Shown here: positions 1-11,075 of the stretch, one piece after another
Numbering within the stretch: position 1 is the first letter of the stretch
Layout: every line of letters begins with the position of its first letter
Source: an uncultured Chloroflexia bacterium
GTDB taxonomy: Bacteria > Chloroflexota > Anaerolineae > Anaerolineales > Villigracilaceae
Direction of reading: 5' to 3'
Assembly: GCA_963791785.1 (NCBI GenBank)
Contig: CAWBTW010000010.1
Span: forward strand, 69,828 to 133,827
DNA length: 64,000 bases
Notes under the pieces: generated by a model
Seen by the model: only the letters and a program-made list of their open reading frames with translations
Database searches by the model: none
Told to the model about the DNA's origin: nothing
Translations under genes and position numbers: made by a program

Positions 1-301
1 CTTGATGCGAGGTTGCGACTCCGTAAACGCAAACCACTTCGCCGGCCATATCGAGCGTGATCTGATCCCATTTGTAGCAGGATGGTTCCGGTGGCGGTGG
101 CGGCTCAGTTGGGGGAACAGACGTGTTCGTCGGTTTTGGTGGGTCTGTTGGGCGCGGGGTGTTACTGGCGGCAGGTTGGGCTTCTTCGGGAGGCGCCTGC
201 GGTTCATTGGCAGCGGGCGCCGAGAACAGGCTGCAGGCCAGCATCAGCGCCAAGCATGCCAGGCCAACAGCGATGATACGTGGTGATAGGGGCTTTGACA
301 T
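1..301 (-). CDS. secreted protein or lipoprotein, N-terminal part (gene runs off the window start)
   Basis: ATG at 299-301 on the minus strand is preceded by GGAAAGGAG. Translation MSKPLSPRIIAVGLACLALMLACSLF.. gives a signal peptide with a lipobox-like LAC, followed by a Pro/Thr-rich linker. The frame stays open to the window edge, so it is absent from the ORF track. Confidence 0.5.
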   Translation of the reverse strand, partial: MSKPLSPRIIAVGLACLALMLACSLFSAPAANEPQAPPEEAQPAASNTPRPTDPPKPTNTSVPPTEPPPPPEPSCYKWDQITLDMAGEVVCVYGVATSHQ

Positions 302-427
302 GGGAGAACTCCTTTCCGTTCGTTGGGTCAGTTATGACAGCGTTCTTTCCACTCACCGCTAAGTTGAAGCTGGAAATAAATTCCCTGCGCTTATATTATT
401 ATTATACACGCCACTTTGGTGTTTGAG

Positions 428-1820
428 TCATAGCTGCTCGAAGTATTCGATGATGCGCTGGCGGTGCTTGTAGAGCTCGATGCGTTCCGGCTCGGTTAAC
501 AGTTTGGTGACGGTGTCCTTGTCCCGCGGGGAAGCAGGCCAATCGTCCTCGGATGCGATGCGCAGGGCCAGGCGCGCGGCCAGGGATGCGGCGTCGCGCA
601 CGTTGGTCTGGTCTACTTTATCCAGCGTGTCGTACCAGGTGTGTCCATAACCGCGACCGGAACGTGTTTTTCGAACAGCTTCAATGCCGCCCGTGATGGC
701 TCCTTCCAGCAGGAACGGGTAGTGGTCGGATGCATCATGGAAGTTCTGCCCAATGGCAAAATCGAGCGCCATTTCTTTTTGGTAGCGCGCGAAGGTTTCA
801 CCCAGTTCGGGCCAGGCATGCAGGTTGATGTCTTTGGGCATATCGCCGCCGGCAGCGTCCATGTTGAGATAGAAGCGGATGTTCTTGAGTTCATCGGCAT
901 GTTCCTTGACATAGGCCTTGGAACCGAGCAGGCCTATCTCCTCGACGCCCCAGGCCACAAAGCGGACGGTGCGCGGCAGCGGGGCAGCATGTTTCGCCAG
1001 TACGCGCGCGGCTTCGAGCACGGCCGCAACTCCGGAAGCCGGATCGACCGCGCCCTGTGAGATGTCGTGCCCGTCGTAATGGGAGCCAAGCAGAATCAGT
1101 TCGTCGGGAAGTCGGTCACCGGGTAACTCGCCGACGATGTTCCAGGATGTAGCGGGAGCAAGTTTATCGGTTGTCTTGATGCGCACGGTGACCGGGCCCT
1201 TGCGCGCGATCAGGCGCTGGATGAAAGCCCCGTCTTCTTTGGCAATGGACAGCCCGGGGATGGGGCCAGCCTTGCCAAGCAGGCTGATGCCGCCAGTGGC
1301 CGGGCCGTAGCCGGGATAATGGTTGACGAAGATAAAACCCGACGCACCGGCCAGCAGGCTGCGGCCATATTTCTCGTTACGATGTACCCAGCGCTTGGTG
1401 TCCTTTGGCTCGAAGACGCTGGTGGTCATTACAATCTTGCCCTTGATCTCGTCTGTACGTGAGTCGAAGTCATCGGGTGCGCCGTCTTCCATGTCGATGA
1501 TAACGGCTTCCATATCGACGGGCGGCGAGTGTGGCAGGCTGATGCAGGGGATGCTCTTCTGGATCGGGATTGACGATCTCCAGGCTGGCTTCGCCGCGTG
1601 TCCAGCCCAGGTATTCGATCGGTTCCATGTGGACGTTTTTCAGTCCGTATTCTTCGAACTTGTCCCGGATGAATTCAGCCGCCAGGCGTTCGCCTTCAGT
1701 GCCGCCGAAACGGGAGCCAAATTCATCGCATAGTTTGGATAGGTTGTCCATCGCTTCGGGGCTGGTGTAGATGTCGCCGACGATCTTTTGGTCGAGGGGG
1801 AGGTGGGGATTTGTTGTCAT
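428..1820 (-). pseudogene. M28 family metallopeptidase (aminopeptidase) with one frame disruption near 1480-1515
   Basis: ORF fragments 1470-1820 (N-terminal) and 428-1513 (C-terminal) make one protein. Motifs: HYDGHD..GAVDPASGVA and FVAWGVEEIGLLGS. The codon-phase step between fragments equals +1 nt. Confidence 0.8.
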
Positions 1821-2614
1821 TTATGATCCTTTGATAGAAATTCTTCTAATATTTTGTTGAATGCATCAGGGTTATCCATGTTTGCATTGTGAGCTGCGTT
1901 GGGAATGATTTTCAATTCCCTGTTCTCTATTTCTGCCCAGCGTTTGCTATAGGCTTGCACCTTGCCGGAATGGTCATGCTCACCATAAACAATAAGAATC
2001 GGACATGGCAAATGGAAATCAACTTTATATTCTTGCAAGCCGTGATATACAGAATCCATGATATCTGCGATTTCTGTTTTAGATAGTTGGTGTAAGGCTT
2101 CTTTTGCATAGGCAATGGCCTTTTCTTCCATCGCGATTTGTGATGCGATTGTTTTTACCAGGTATTTGTAGGGGTATAACTTCAAGAGTGGCGGTGTAAT
2201 GGACAATAACCAGTTATCAAGTGCAGAATAGTAGGATGGTTGAATTGGGGATGAGTCGACAGAAACAATCGCTTTGACTTTATCAGGGTGCTCTAGCGCA
2301 ACGATCTGACTGATATAGCCTCCCATAGACTGCCCAACTAAATTAGCTTTTTTGATTTGTTCTTCGTCCAGGATACTTACTAATTCCTGGGCTGCATTTT
2401 GAATTGTAAAGTTCTGATAAGGTCTGGAACGTCCATGTGCGGGGGTATCCCAACTTATCACGCGATAGGATTTGGAAAAATATTCCATTTGTGGTTGGAA
2501 CAAACCATGGTCCATTGTCGCTCCGTGGGTGAACAAAATACATTTTTCGCCTTTTCCTTTTGTCCAATAATGGACTGTGCCATTTTTTCCAACTATGGTT
2601 TGGTGTGGCATCAT
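1817..2614 (-). CDS. alpha/beta hydrolase
   Basis: Intact 265-aa ORF with nucleophile elbow GQSMGG and HGATMDH near the N-terminus. ATGA stop/start overlap with the downstream M28 gene at 1817-1820. AT-rich relative to its neighbours. Confidence 0.8.
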   Translation of the reverse strand: MMPHQTIVGKNGTVHYWTKGKGEKCILFTHGATMDHGLFQPQMEYFSKSYRVISWDTPAHGRSRPYQNFTIQNAAQELVSILDEEQIKKANLVGQSMGGYISQIVALEHPDKVKAIVSVDSSPIQPSYYSALDNWLLSITPPLLKLYPYKYLVKTIASQIAMEEKAIAYAKEALHQLSKTEIADIMDSVYHGLQEYKVDFHLPCPILIVYGEHDHSGKVQAYSKRWAEIENRELKIIPNAAHNANMDNPDAFNKILEEFLSKDHK

Positions 2615-3001
2615 TTTCCTTTTTGATTAGTTTGTTCCATAAAGTTTTTTCGTCAATGATAAAGCGAACATGCTTCGCTTCCCCAATTAGTTCAACATTG
2701 TCCCAGGCCTGGATGTGGAAGGTGAGCTTGCGCCCAACTACCTCGATCAATTTTGCATGGGCGCGGACTTTCATCCCGACCGGCGTAGCTGCCAGATGCT
2801 GCACTTCGATTTCCCACCGACCGTAGTTTGACCGTCAGGTAAGTGCTCTTCCAGTGTGCGGACGGCGGCATTTTCCATCAACGCAACCAGCGCCGGGGTA
2901 GCGTAGACAGCTATCAAGCCGCTGCCCAGATGCGCGGCAGTGTCCGTCTCGGTGACGGTGGTTTCTACTTCGGCGCCTAGGCCGGGTTTCAATGATTTCA
3001 T
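2611..3001 (-). pseudogene. hotdog-fold thioesterase with two frame disruptions
   Basis: N-terminal MKSLKPGLGAEVETTVTETDTAAHLGSG.. (ORF 2771-3001) continues as ..HLAATPVGMKVRAHAKLIEVVGRKLTFHIQAWD.. (ORF 2343-2804). Adding one A to the A6 run near 2650 gives ..DEKNFMEQTNQKGK-TGA, which overlaps the next ATG at 2611-2614. Confidence 0.6.
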
Positions 3002-4284
3002 TTTTTCTTTTTCTTGCGTTGCTTCCCGAATTTTGCCAATTTCTTCGCCTTTGTCATTATATCGACAATCTCCATTTTTTCTTCGTAATCTTCCAGGCGC
3101 GGGTCTTCAGGATAACCCTGCTGCCACATCTCATACCAGGAAAGCGCGCCTTCGGGTTTGTCGTCTTCGATCATGAAATCGATCTGGCAACTGCATAGGG
3201 CGCTGAATTCGGTCACATGCAGTTCCTGCTTGGCCATCATTTTGTCGATATATTCCCTGGCTGTTTCAAGGTCATCCCTGTTCATGGCCCGCCTGGCGGA
3301 AATGATCCAGCCAAAGAAATAATCGGGGAATTTTTCTGGAATGCTCGCAGCCAGGGCGTCCGATTCATCCGTTTTGCCCTGCAGGCTGAGGGCGTATGCT
3401 AAATTGTTTACGATGCTGGGATCATCCGGTTGGATCTCAATAGCTTTGCGCAGATGTTTCTCGGCCAGTTCTCCATCTTCTTCATTGAGAGCAGAAACAG
3501 CTTTTTCCATCAAACGCTGTGCGGCCGGTTTGAGCGGTGATTTTTCAGGTGGATCGTAGTTGATCTGCATCCCCATTGTCATAATGGAGTGTTGCTCACC
3601 TTCCCGCCACATCTCAATTGTGTTGCCTGATTTGAAAACACCATGTTTCGAAAGGGTTTGCACAGCCTCCAAGCGTAAGTCGTCGGGCCCATCTTGTCCG
3701 AGAGCGAATTCCTGTAAGCTGGCAAGCAGGGCCGGATGTGCAGACATATCCGCCAGCCTCATGGCTAGATTCCTTGAAAGGGCATCCCCATCTTTCAGCG
3801 CCGCAGGGGCGAATTGAAGCAATTCGGGATGCTGATCGAAATAAGAGTTTATTTGTTTCTGAAAGGCTTGGTCATCTTTTTTTCGAGCCGCACGCTCTGT
3901 CACGGAAGTTAGTTTGTCAATCGTCACGCGAGGCAGCCATGCTTCCAGAGAAAACGTTTGAGGGCAGAGTTGTAAATGCAAGGGCTTTTTCAGTTCATCC
4001 AGGTTTGCGATAGCGAGTTCAAAGTACGGCGCAAGTTTTAGCGCTTTTTGCCAGTGTTTGCGTGCCTGTGCCGCTTGTCCATTTCGATAAGCGGCCACAG
4101 CACACTGGTGATAGACTGTTGCTGTCAATGAATCCGTTTCTTTGGATTGTTTTGCCTGATCCAATAATGCCAGAACGCCTTCATCATCCCCGATAAAACT
4201 GAGCGCTTCGGTTTTCTTGACCCAGAAATCTGCTGCGTCAGCCTGTGACTTTTTCAAGCTTTTTGCAAAGGCCAGGGATTTCAT
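2998..4284 (-). CDS. TPR repeat protein (probably the C-terminal two thirds of a larger TPR protein)
   Basis: 428-aa ORF that is Ala/Leu-rich with 34-aa-type repeats (e.g. ..YHQCAVAAYRNGQAAQARKHWQKALKLAPY..). Confidence 0.7.
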   Translation of the reverse strand: MKSLAFAKSLKKSQADAADFWVKKTEALSFIGDDEGVLALLDQAKQSKETDSLTATVYHQCAVAAYRNGQAAQARKHWQKALKLAPYFELAIANLDELKKPLHLQLCPQTFSLEAWLPRVTIDKLTSVTERAARKKDDQAFQKQINSYFDQHPELLQFAPAALKDGDALSRNLAMRLADMSAHPALLASLQEFALGQDGPDDLRLEAVQTLSKHGVFKSGNTIEMWREGEQHSIMTMGMQINYDPPEKSPLKPAAQRLMEKAVSALNEEDGELAEKHLRKAIEIQPDDPSIVNNLAYALSLQGKTDESDALAASIPEKFPDYFFGWIISARRAMNRDDLETAREYIDKMMAKQELHVTEFSALCSCQIDFMIEDDKPEGALSWYEMWQQGYPEDPRLEDYEEKMEIVDIMTKAKKLAKFGKQRKKKKK

Positions 4285-5005
4285 CTTTTTTCCCCAGCAT
4301 GAACAAATAGCGGGTCAGGTTAGATAACGCGTGGATGTTATCAGACTCGATTTCCAGCACTTTGTGTGCTGTCTCGATAGCGGCTAACAGGTCTCCATCC
4401 AACCAAAATACCTGGCTGAGATTATTGAGAGGTGGAACAAAATCCGGTTTTTGGTTGATGAGTTGCTTTGCCAGTTGCTTACAGCGTTTCAGCTCTCCGA
4501 TTTCCATCAGCACTTGCAGTTCTTCGTGTTTGGCAGCAAACTCAAGCCCGTTCTCAATTGACAGCCCGAGTTGGCTAAGAATATCTGCAAGCCCGGTTTC
4601 TAACTTCGCAACTGTTTCCCGCACTTCTGAAGCGCGTTCATGATTTGACCACTTTTTCAAGAACTGTTGAAAGGTTTGCAGAGCGAGCGCCAAGCGACCA
4701 TTGCTGAGATACCCGCCTGCCAACCCCAGCTTGACTTCTGCCCGGTTGGGCGTCAAATCATGCAGCCTGCGCATGGCATGTAGATAGCCATGCTGATTTT
4801 GCATGTCTATATGGGCATTTGCCATCAAACCCAGCACATCTGGGCTGCGAGGGTATTTTTTGTCCAATTCGCGCAAAAGCTCCAGTGCTTCTTGGGGGTG
4901 CTGGCGATCGAGCAGGGTTTCTGCATTCGTCCAGCCCTTCACGCAGGCGACGCGGCAGGTTGATTGGGTCAACGCGAGTTGGATAAGTTTTTTTAGGCAT
5001 CGCAT
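4238..5005 (-). CDS. TPR repeat protein (probably the N-terminal part of the 2998-4284 gene)
   Basis: 255-aa ORF with TPR-like repeats that overlaps the next ORF by 47 nt. Removing one A from the A6 run at about 4288-4293 joins ..LFMLGKK to MKSLAFAKSL... The phase step equals +1 nt. Confidence 0.6.
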   Translation of the reverse strand: MRCLKKLIQLALTQSTCRVACVKGWTNAETLLDRQHPQEALELLRELDKKYPRSPDVLGLMANAHIDMQNQHGYLHAMRRLHDLTPNRAEVKLGLAGGYLSNGRLALALQTFQQFLKKWSNHERASEVRETVAKLETGLADILSQLGLSIENGLEFAAKHEELQVLMEIGELKRCKQLAKQLINQKPDFVPPLNNLSQVFWLDGDLLAAIETAHKVLEIESDNIHALSNLTRYLFMLGKKDEIPGLCKKLEKVTG

Positions 5006-5053
5006 CTATTTATTCAAAATTTGTGTTCTGGGCGAGAATGATTTTAACTATTC

Positions 5054-6118
5054 TCATAGATCGACCCTGCACCCCAGCCCAGGCGATTTGCTGGCAATCA
5101 GCCAACCGTTTTCAAATGTAAAACCGGGCACGGTCGGGTCATTTTCCAGGTCAAAGTGGCCATCCAGGTCGCCGTAGCGGACGTTAGAGCTGCTCAAGGC
5201 GAAGCCCAATCCTGCGGCAATCAGCAGGGCTGGCTCGTTCATACAGCCGACCATGGTGGAGAGATGCCCCGCGCGAGCAATCGTGTCGATCTGGCGGGCG
5301 CAGTCCAGGCCGCCGCAAGATGCCAGCTTGGTGCTGACCCCATGTGCAGCCCGCTGGTTGACGATCTCCAGCGCAGAAATCGGCCCGCGCAGGCTTTCAT
5401 CCGCCAGGATAGGGATCGGACTATTGTCAGTCACATGGCGCAATGAAGGCAGGTCATCAGCCGGAGTGGGTTGTTCCAGGAATTCGAGCTTGCCGTCCAG
5501 TGCACGAGCCACTTCCAGAGCGGTTTCTACGCTATAGCCTTGGTCTGCATCCAATCGTATGATCAGTTTTGGGAGCGCGCGTTTTACAGCCCGTACCCGG
5601 CGGACATCCTGCTCCGGGTCAAGGCCGCCCTTGAGCTTAAGGATGCGGAATCCATCCTGAGCACGCTTCCGGGCCATTTCAACGGTAGCAGGCACATCAT
5701 CGATCCCGAGCGTGATGGAAGTCTGGATGCGATCCCGGTAACCGCCTAGCAGTCGATAAAGTGGCAGTTTGGCCCATAGTCCCAGTAGGTCATAAATGAG
5801 CATATCGAAAGCGCAATGTACGGCAGGGAATTTGGCCGTGAGCCTTGAGAGTTCAGCCAGGGCGTACTGAGTGTTCAAGGGATTAAGATCAGGCAGCAGG
5901 TCTGCGCAATCTTGGCAAACCTGTGTTACTTGCTGTAGTGAATCATCACTGGCTGGGTCCAGAACAGCGCAACCCCAGGCATCTCCGAAGTCGCGTACCA
6001 TTTCGGCGCGCACAAAGATTACATTGATTTGTGTAATCGGTTCTATATGTGCCGCGGACCGAAACGGCACGCGTAAGTGTAAGTTTGTAGGAGTAACTTC
6101 AACACGTGAAATTTGCAT
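5054..6118 (-). CDS. enolase-superfamily dipeptide epimerase / MR-MLE family enzyme
   Basis: Intact 354-aa ORF with motifs ILKLKGG, RLDADQGY, LEQP and ILADES. Confidence 0.8.
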   Translation of the reverse strand: MQISRVEVTPTNLHLRVPFRSAAHIEPITQINVIFVRAEMVRDFGDAWGCAVLDPASDDSLQQVTQVCQDCADLLPDLNPLNTQYALAELSRLTAKFPAVHCAFDMLIYDLLGLWAKLPLYRLLGGYRDRIQTSITLGIDDVPATVEMARKRAQDGFRILKLKGGLDPEQDVRRVRAVKRALPKLIIRLDADQGYSVETALEVARALDGKLEFLEQPTPADDLPSLRHVTDNSPIPILADESLRGPISALEIVNQRAAHGVSTKLASCGGLDCARQIDTIARAGHLSTMVGCMNEPALLIAAGLGFALSSSNVRYGDLDGHFDLENDPTVPGFTFENGWLIASKSPGLGCRVDL

Positions 6119-6119
6119 G

Positions 6120-6452
6120 TCAACCTCCCGCGATCTTGACTTTGTAGCCCAGCTTTCCCAACGCTTCGGCGATCTTCTCGCGATGTTCGCCCTGGATTTC
6201 GATGATGCTGCCTTTTACCGTCCCGCCGCTGCCGCAGGCGGCTTTAAGCTTTTTTGCCAGGGCTTTCATATCTACTTCGGAAAGCGTCAGATTCTTGACC
6301 AGCGTGACAGCCTTGCCGCCGCGTCCTTTTGATTCGCGGTGCAGGTAAGCGGTCTGTTGCTGAGGTGGCAGGGATTTTGTCGGAGAGAATTTGTTCTCTT
6401 TCTTTCGTAAGTCTCCCTGCTCAGAAGACCAGACCGTGCGGTTTTTGGACAT
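6120..6452 (-). CDS. SUI1/YciH-family translation initiation factor
   Basis: ..GRGGKAVTLVKNL..LAKKLKAACGSGGTVKGSIIEIQGEHREKI... The start is placed at the internal MSKNRTVW (ATG at 6452), which gives the usual length of about 110 aa. Confidence 0.75.
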   Translation of the reverse strand: MSKNRTVWSSEQGDLRKKENKFSPTKSLPPQQQTAYLHRESKGRGGKAVTLVKNLTLSEVDMKALAKKLKAACGSGGTVKGSIIEIQGEHREKIAEALGKLGYKVKIAGG

Positions 6453-6594
6453 GACTGGAGGATACAAGAAAACGAAAAAATAAGCAAGCAAAATCAACTA
6501 CAGTAGACTGACAAGTAAATAGAAAGAGTCCTTAGTCAGGCACTCTCGCTGGCTAAGAACTCTTTTATACTGTGGGATGGCTTAGTTCTGTAAA

Positions 6595-7344
6595 TTACTT
6601 CGGCAGGTGCTCAGCCATCTCGGCCATAGCTGCGTACCGGGCGGCGTATGCTTCCCAACCACGCTGGATTCCGGCGGCTTCTTTCGCTGCAAAGGCTTCG
6701 GCCATAGCTGCATATCGAGCGGTGTAAGCATCCCAGCCACGTTGAACGGTTGTGAACGGTTTGCTCATCGCAGTATATCGAGCAGCATAAGCGTCCCAGC
6801 CGCGCTGGATAGCGGCGGCTTCTTTCGCGGCATAAGCTTCGGCCATGGCTGTGTATCGGGCGGTGTAAGCATCCCAACCACGTTGGATCCCGGCGGCTTC
6901 TTTTGAAGCGAATGCTTCTGCCATGGCATTGTAGCGGGCGGTATAAGCATCCCAGCCACGTTGAACAGTAGTGAATGGTTTGCTCATGGCAGTGTATCGA
7001 GCGGCATAGGCGTTCCAGCCACGCTGGATCCCAGCAGTCTCTTGTGCTGTAAAGGCTACGACCATAGCGTTGTAGCGGGCGGTCTCTGCTTCGCGGGAAC
7101 GCTGGATGTTGGCGCTGGCTGCTTCCTTAGCAGCGAATGCCTGAGCCATGGCAGTGTATCGAGCTGCATAGGCCTCCTGCCCGCGTTGAAGGGTGGGTAC
7201 ACTTGCGGGAGCGGAAGCAGGCAAGGAAAAAGTGGGAAGCGGGGCAATCATAAGGTAACTCAGTACCAAAGCGACTGCCAGGATGATCAGGGCGAATGGA
7301 ATTCGCTTGGTCCATCTATTGACAACGGGTGTATTTGCTGACAT
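6595..7344 (-). CDS. membrane-anchored Ala-rich tandem-repeat protein of unknown function
   Basis: ATG at 7344 is preceded by AAGGAGG. There is an N-terminal TM helix (IPFALIILAVALVLSYLMIAP) followed by 8 repeats of QRGW(D/E)AY(A/T)ARYxAM(AEAFAAKEAAGI or SKPFTTV). Confidence 0.7.
   Translation of the reverse strand: MSANTPVVNRWTKRIPFALIILAVALVLSYLMIAPLPTFSLPASAPASVPTLQRGQEAYAARYTAMAQAFAAKEAASANIQRSREAETARYNAMVVAFTAQETAGIQRGWNAYAARYTAMSKPFTTVQRGWDAYTARYNAMAEAFASKEAAGIQRGWDAYTARYTAMAEAYAAKEAAAIQRGWDAYAARYTAMSKPFTTVQRGWDAYTARYAAMAEAFAAKEAAGIQRGWEAYAARYAAMAEMAEHLPK
6598..7188 (-). repeat. in-frame tandem repeats (21-28 aa units) with a 219-nt higher-order duplication
   Basis: Units 3-5 and units 6-8 are near-identical 73-aa blocks. 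Confidence 0.85.
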
Positions 7345-7513
7345 CTCTACCTCCTTGTGTAGAAAGAATTTACTGGTTACGCATTCAGTATAGAAAATCA
7401 AGGTGGTGCAAGCGTGGTGTAAACGTGGAGGATTCGTGTCGCTTGGAATCACTTCATCATTCGTGTACAATGTTTATAGATACTGGCTTGCTTCAAATTT
7501 CGGGAGGAGGGGT

Positions 7514-10500
7514 ATGGCGTATCTATCAATTTCCTTGATGGGTTCCTTCCAGGTGACGCTGGATGGACAACCAGTCAAGGGCTTCAAATCCAATAGGGTG
7601 CGGGCATTGCTGGCTTATCTGGCCGTAGAAGCGGACCGGCCGCATCGTCGTGAGACGTTAGCCGGACTGCTCTGGCCCGATTGGCCGGACCGGGATGCCC
7701 TGAGCAACCTGCGCTATTCCCTTTCTGACCTACGTCGCGCAATCGGTGACCGCGAAGCGGATCCGCCTTTCTTGCTGATTACGCGTGACAACCTCCAATT
7801 TAACCCCGACAGTGACTATAGTCTGGATGTAAAAACCTTTGTGGATGCTGCAGATGCAGATGAAGTTGATCTACTGGAGAAAGCTGCTGCCTTGTATCAG
7901 GGTAGTTTCCTGGAGGGATTCTCCCTGGAAGATAGTGCCGCCTTCGAAGAGTGGACGTTGCTGACTCGCGAACGGCTTGCCCGGCAGGCTTCATCCCTGT
8001 TGCACGCTCTGGCTGAAACCAACGAGGAAAATGGTGAGTATAAGAAGGCACAGAACTGTGCCTGGCGGCAGCTCGAACTGGAGCCCTGGGACGAAACAGC
8101 ACACCAGCAATTGATGCGCACGCTGGCGCTCGATGGTAAGCGCAGCGCTGCCCTGGCACAATATGAAACCTGCAAAGAATTGTTAGCAGGTGAGTTGAGT
8201 GTCGAACCATCTTCTGAAACAACCATGCTCTATGAGCGCATCCGTGATGGTAAGTTGAGCCTGGAAGATACTCCTCAATCTATCAAGGATGAAGGCAGCC
8301 CCAAGCCGCCTGCATTTTTGGGAGAAAAAACATCCAGTGTCGAAACCCCTGTTTTCGTTGCACGCACGCGAGAATTATCCAAGCTGGATGAGCACCTGTC
8401 CAATGCAATTTCAGGAAAAGGGAGTGTAGTTTTCGTTGCCGGGGAGGCGGGCAGTGGCAAGACAGCATTACTTCAGGAATTCACACGCCGTGCCCAGGAA
8501 ACTTACCCAGATTTGCTTGTTGCTGCGGGAAATTGCAATGCCTATACAGGCATCGGTGATCCGCATCTGCCCTTTCGAGAGATCCTGGAATTTTTGACAG
8601 GTGATGTGGAACCGCGATGGGCAGCCGGCGCAATTACGCGAGACCATGCACTGCGGCTCTGGGAGAACGTGCCGATTGCTGCGCAGGCGCTTGTGGAAGT
8701 CGGACCTGACTTGATCGATACATTCATTCAGCGTGCGGCATTGCTGGAGCGTGCCCGTTCAAGTGTTTCTGAAAAACAAGGATGGTTGAATCGGCTTGAT
8801 GCGTTCCTCGATCGAAAACCTGTTACAGCTCTTAGTATTGGTGCATTGCAGCAAATCAACCTGTATGAACAGTACGTCAGGGTATTGCAATTTTTAGAGA
8901 AGAAGAATCCTGTGCTCCTGGTGATTGATGATTTGCAATGGGTAGATACCGGGTCGATCAACTTGCTTTTCCATCTTGGTCGGCGTCTTTCGGGATGTCG
9001 AATTTTGATATTAGGTGCATACCGGTCAGAAGAGGTTGCTCTGGGGAGAGAAGGGCGGCGTCATCCGTTGGAGCCACTGGTCAACGAGTTCAGGCGAAGT
9101 TTTGGCGAAATTCTCCTGAATCTTGGTCAGGGATTCGGTCAAGATGAGAGCCGGGAGTTCGTAAACGAAGTTCTGGATAAAGAACCAAATCGGTTGGATG
9201 AGTCTTTCCGCGAGATGCTCTACCGGCAAACTCAGGGTCACCCGCTTTTCACGATCGAGTTGCTGCGCGGTTTGCAGGAGCGAGGCGATATTCTCAAGGA
9301 TTCCGAGGGGCGTTGGATTGTTGGGCCATCACTGGATTGGGATACTTTACCGGTCCGTGTTGAGGCCGCAATACAGGAACGTATCAGTCGGTTGCCCGAA
9401 GCCACGCAAAGAATATTAGAGGTGGCCAGTGTAGAAGGGGAATATTTCACAGCTGAGGTGGTTTCCCGTGTGCGGGGAAGTTCTGAAGGGGAGATGATGG
9501 AATGCCTGAGCGGGGAATTAAAATCGAAAGCACCGCCTAATACGGGCGCAAAGTGTCCAGCGTGTGAATGACCGCCTTATCTCCCGTTACCAGTTTAGAC
9601 ACATTCTCTCCCAGAAGTATTTGTACGCCAACATGGATGAAGTCGAGCGGGTGCACTTGCATGAACAGATTGGCTCAGCCTTGGAAGACTTGTATGATGG
9701 GGAGAGCGATGTTGCGGCAGCAGTTGCCGTGCAACTAGCACTGCATTTTCAGGAAGCCCGCATTGTGGATAAGGCCGTCAAATATTTGTATCAGGCAGGA
9801 AACAACGCCATAAATATGTCTGCGTATCAGGAAGGTGTTGCTCATCTTACGCGGGGTGTTGAACTTTTGGAGCGCTTACCGCCTTCTGAATCTCGGGATG
9901 AGAAAGAGCTGGAATTCCGCATCGCGCTTGGAATTGGATTGCAGGGCACAGCGGGGGGGCAAATGCCAAAGGTTAGGAACGCATATCTGCGGGCACGTGA
10001 ACTGTGTCAAAAGCTAAATAAGCCGGCTGAATTGGCTCAAGTGATCGGTGGGTTGTCGATTTTTCATTATGTGAAAGCCGAACATCACAGGGCTATGGAA
10101 CTTGCTTTCGAAGCACTGGACTTAGCGCAATCTATCGATGATAAATATCTCGTCCTTTTGTGTCGCTGGTATCTTGGTTTTATTAACTTTTGTCTTGGGG
10201 AGTTTCCAAAGGCTATAGAGTATTTGAAGCAAGTGGCTGAGTTTTATGATTTCAGCCAGCATCACCAGGCTCTTGTCCAAATGCGCGGTTCAGATCCCGG
10301 ATTGGGTGCAGCGGCGTATGAAGCCTGTTGTCTATGGTGTTTGGGTTACACAGATCAGGCTCTTAAATTAGCACAGGAAGTTCTGGAGTTTAGCCGGGAG
10401 TTGTCGCACCCGTTTACCCTTGCTGATGTGCTCAGTTTTGCTGGTTGCCTGCTCAGTTCCATGCGACGTGATGCGAACAGTTTGGAACGTGAAGCCAAAG

Positions 10501-11060
10501 CCCTGATGCAATTATCGCAGCGGGCAAGTTTAGCCGGGTGGATGTCACAAGGAGAACGCTATTCAGGCGAAGCTCTTGCCTTGCGCGGAAAGATAAAAGA
10601 GAGCATGGCGCAAATTAATAAAAGCCTTGAAGCTATGGGTTTGGAAGGGATCAATTTGTATTTGTCTGGTACTTATGCAAATCTGGTTGAAGGTCAACTA
10701 GAAGCGGGCCTAATGGAAGATGCCCGTACTACATTGGACAAAGCATTTGCTTTTGTCGAAGAAGTGGATGAGCGTTACTGGGAATCAGAATTATTCCGCT
10801 TAAAGGGCGAATTGTTGATCATGGACGGTGAGATTTCTGGCGCAGAAGCCTGCATGAACAGGGCCATAGAGATTGCCCAAAAGCAGAAAGCCAAATCATT
10901 AGAACTTCGCGCAGCGATGAGCTTGTCACGTGTGTGGAGAGAACAGGGAAAGAGATCCAGGGCTAAAAAATTATTAAGGGAAATCTACAACTGGTTCACC
11001 GAAGGGTTCGATACTCCTGATTTGATCGAAGCAAAAGCGTTGCTCGATGAGCTAGAGTGA
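7514..11060 (+). pseudogene. BTAD/SARP-type DNA-binding domain, AAA/STAND ATPase and TPR regulator, with one frame disruption near 9515
   Basis: The start MAYLSISLMGSFQVTLDGQPV..RALLAYLAVE (ATG 7514) follows GGAGGAGG. Walker A is GEAGSGKT and Walker B is LLVIDDLQWVD. Removing one A from GAATTAAAATCG restores ..SGELNRKHRLIRAQSVQRVNDRLISRYQFRH... The C-terminal half is TPR-like. Confidence 0.8.
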
Positions 11061-11075
11061 TTTCATCTGTTGGAT

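Noticed and set aside
2-362. Three overlapping plus-strand ORFs at the window start (2-286, 82-276, 123-362).
   Set aside because: Their translations are Arg/Gly/Trp-rich nonsense. The minus strand encodes a convincing signal-peptide protein with an RBS and an ATG at 301.
6598-7188. Tandem DNA repeats, here and at 56192-56284, considered as a CRISPR array or other non-coding array.
   Set aside because: The repeats are contiguous without spacers. They are in-frame, lie inside well-supported ORFs, and keep the peptide conserved. No cas genes are present in the window.
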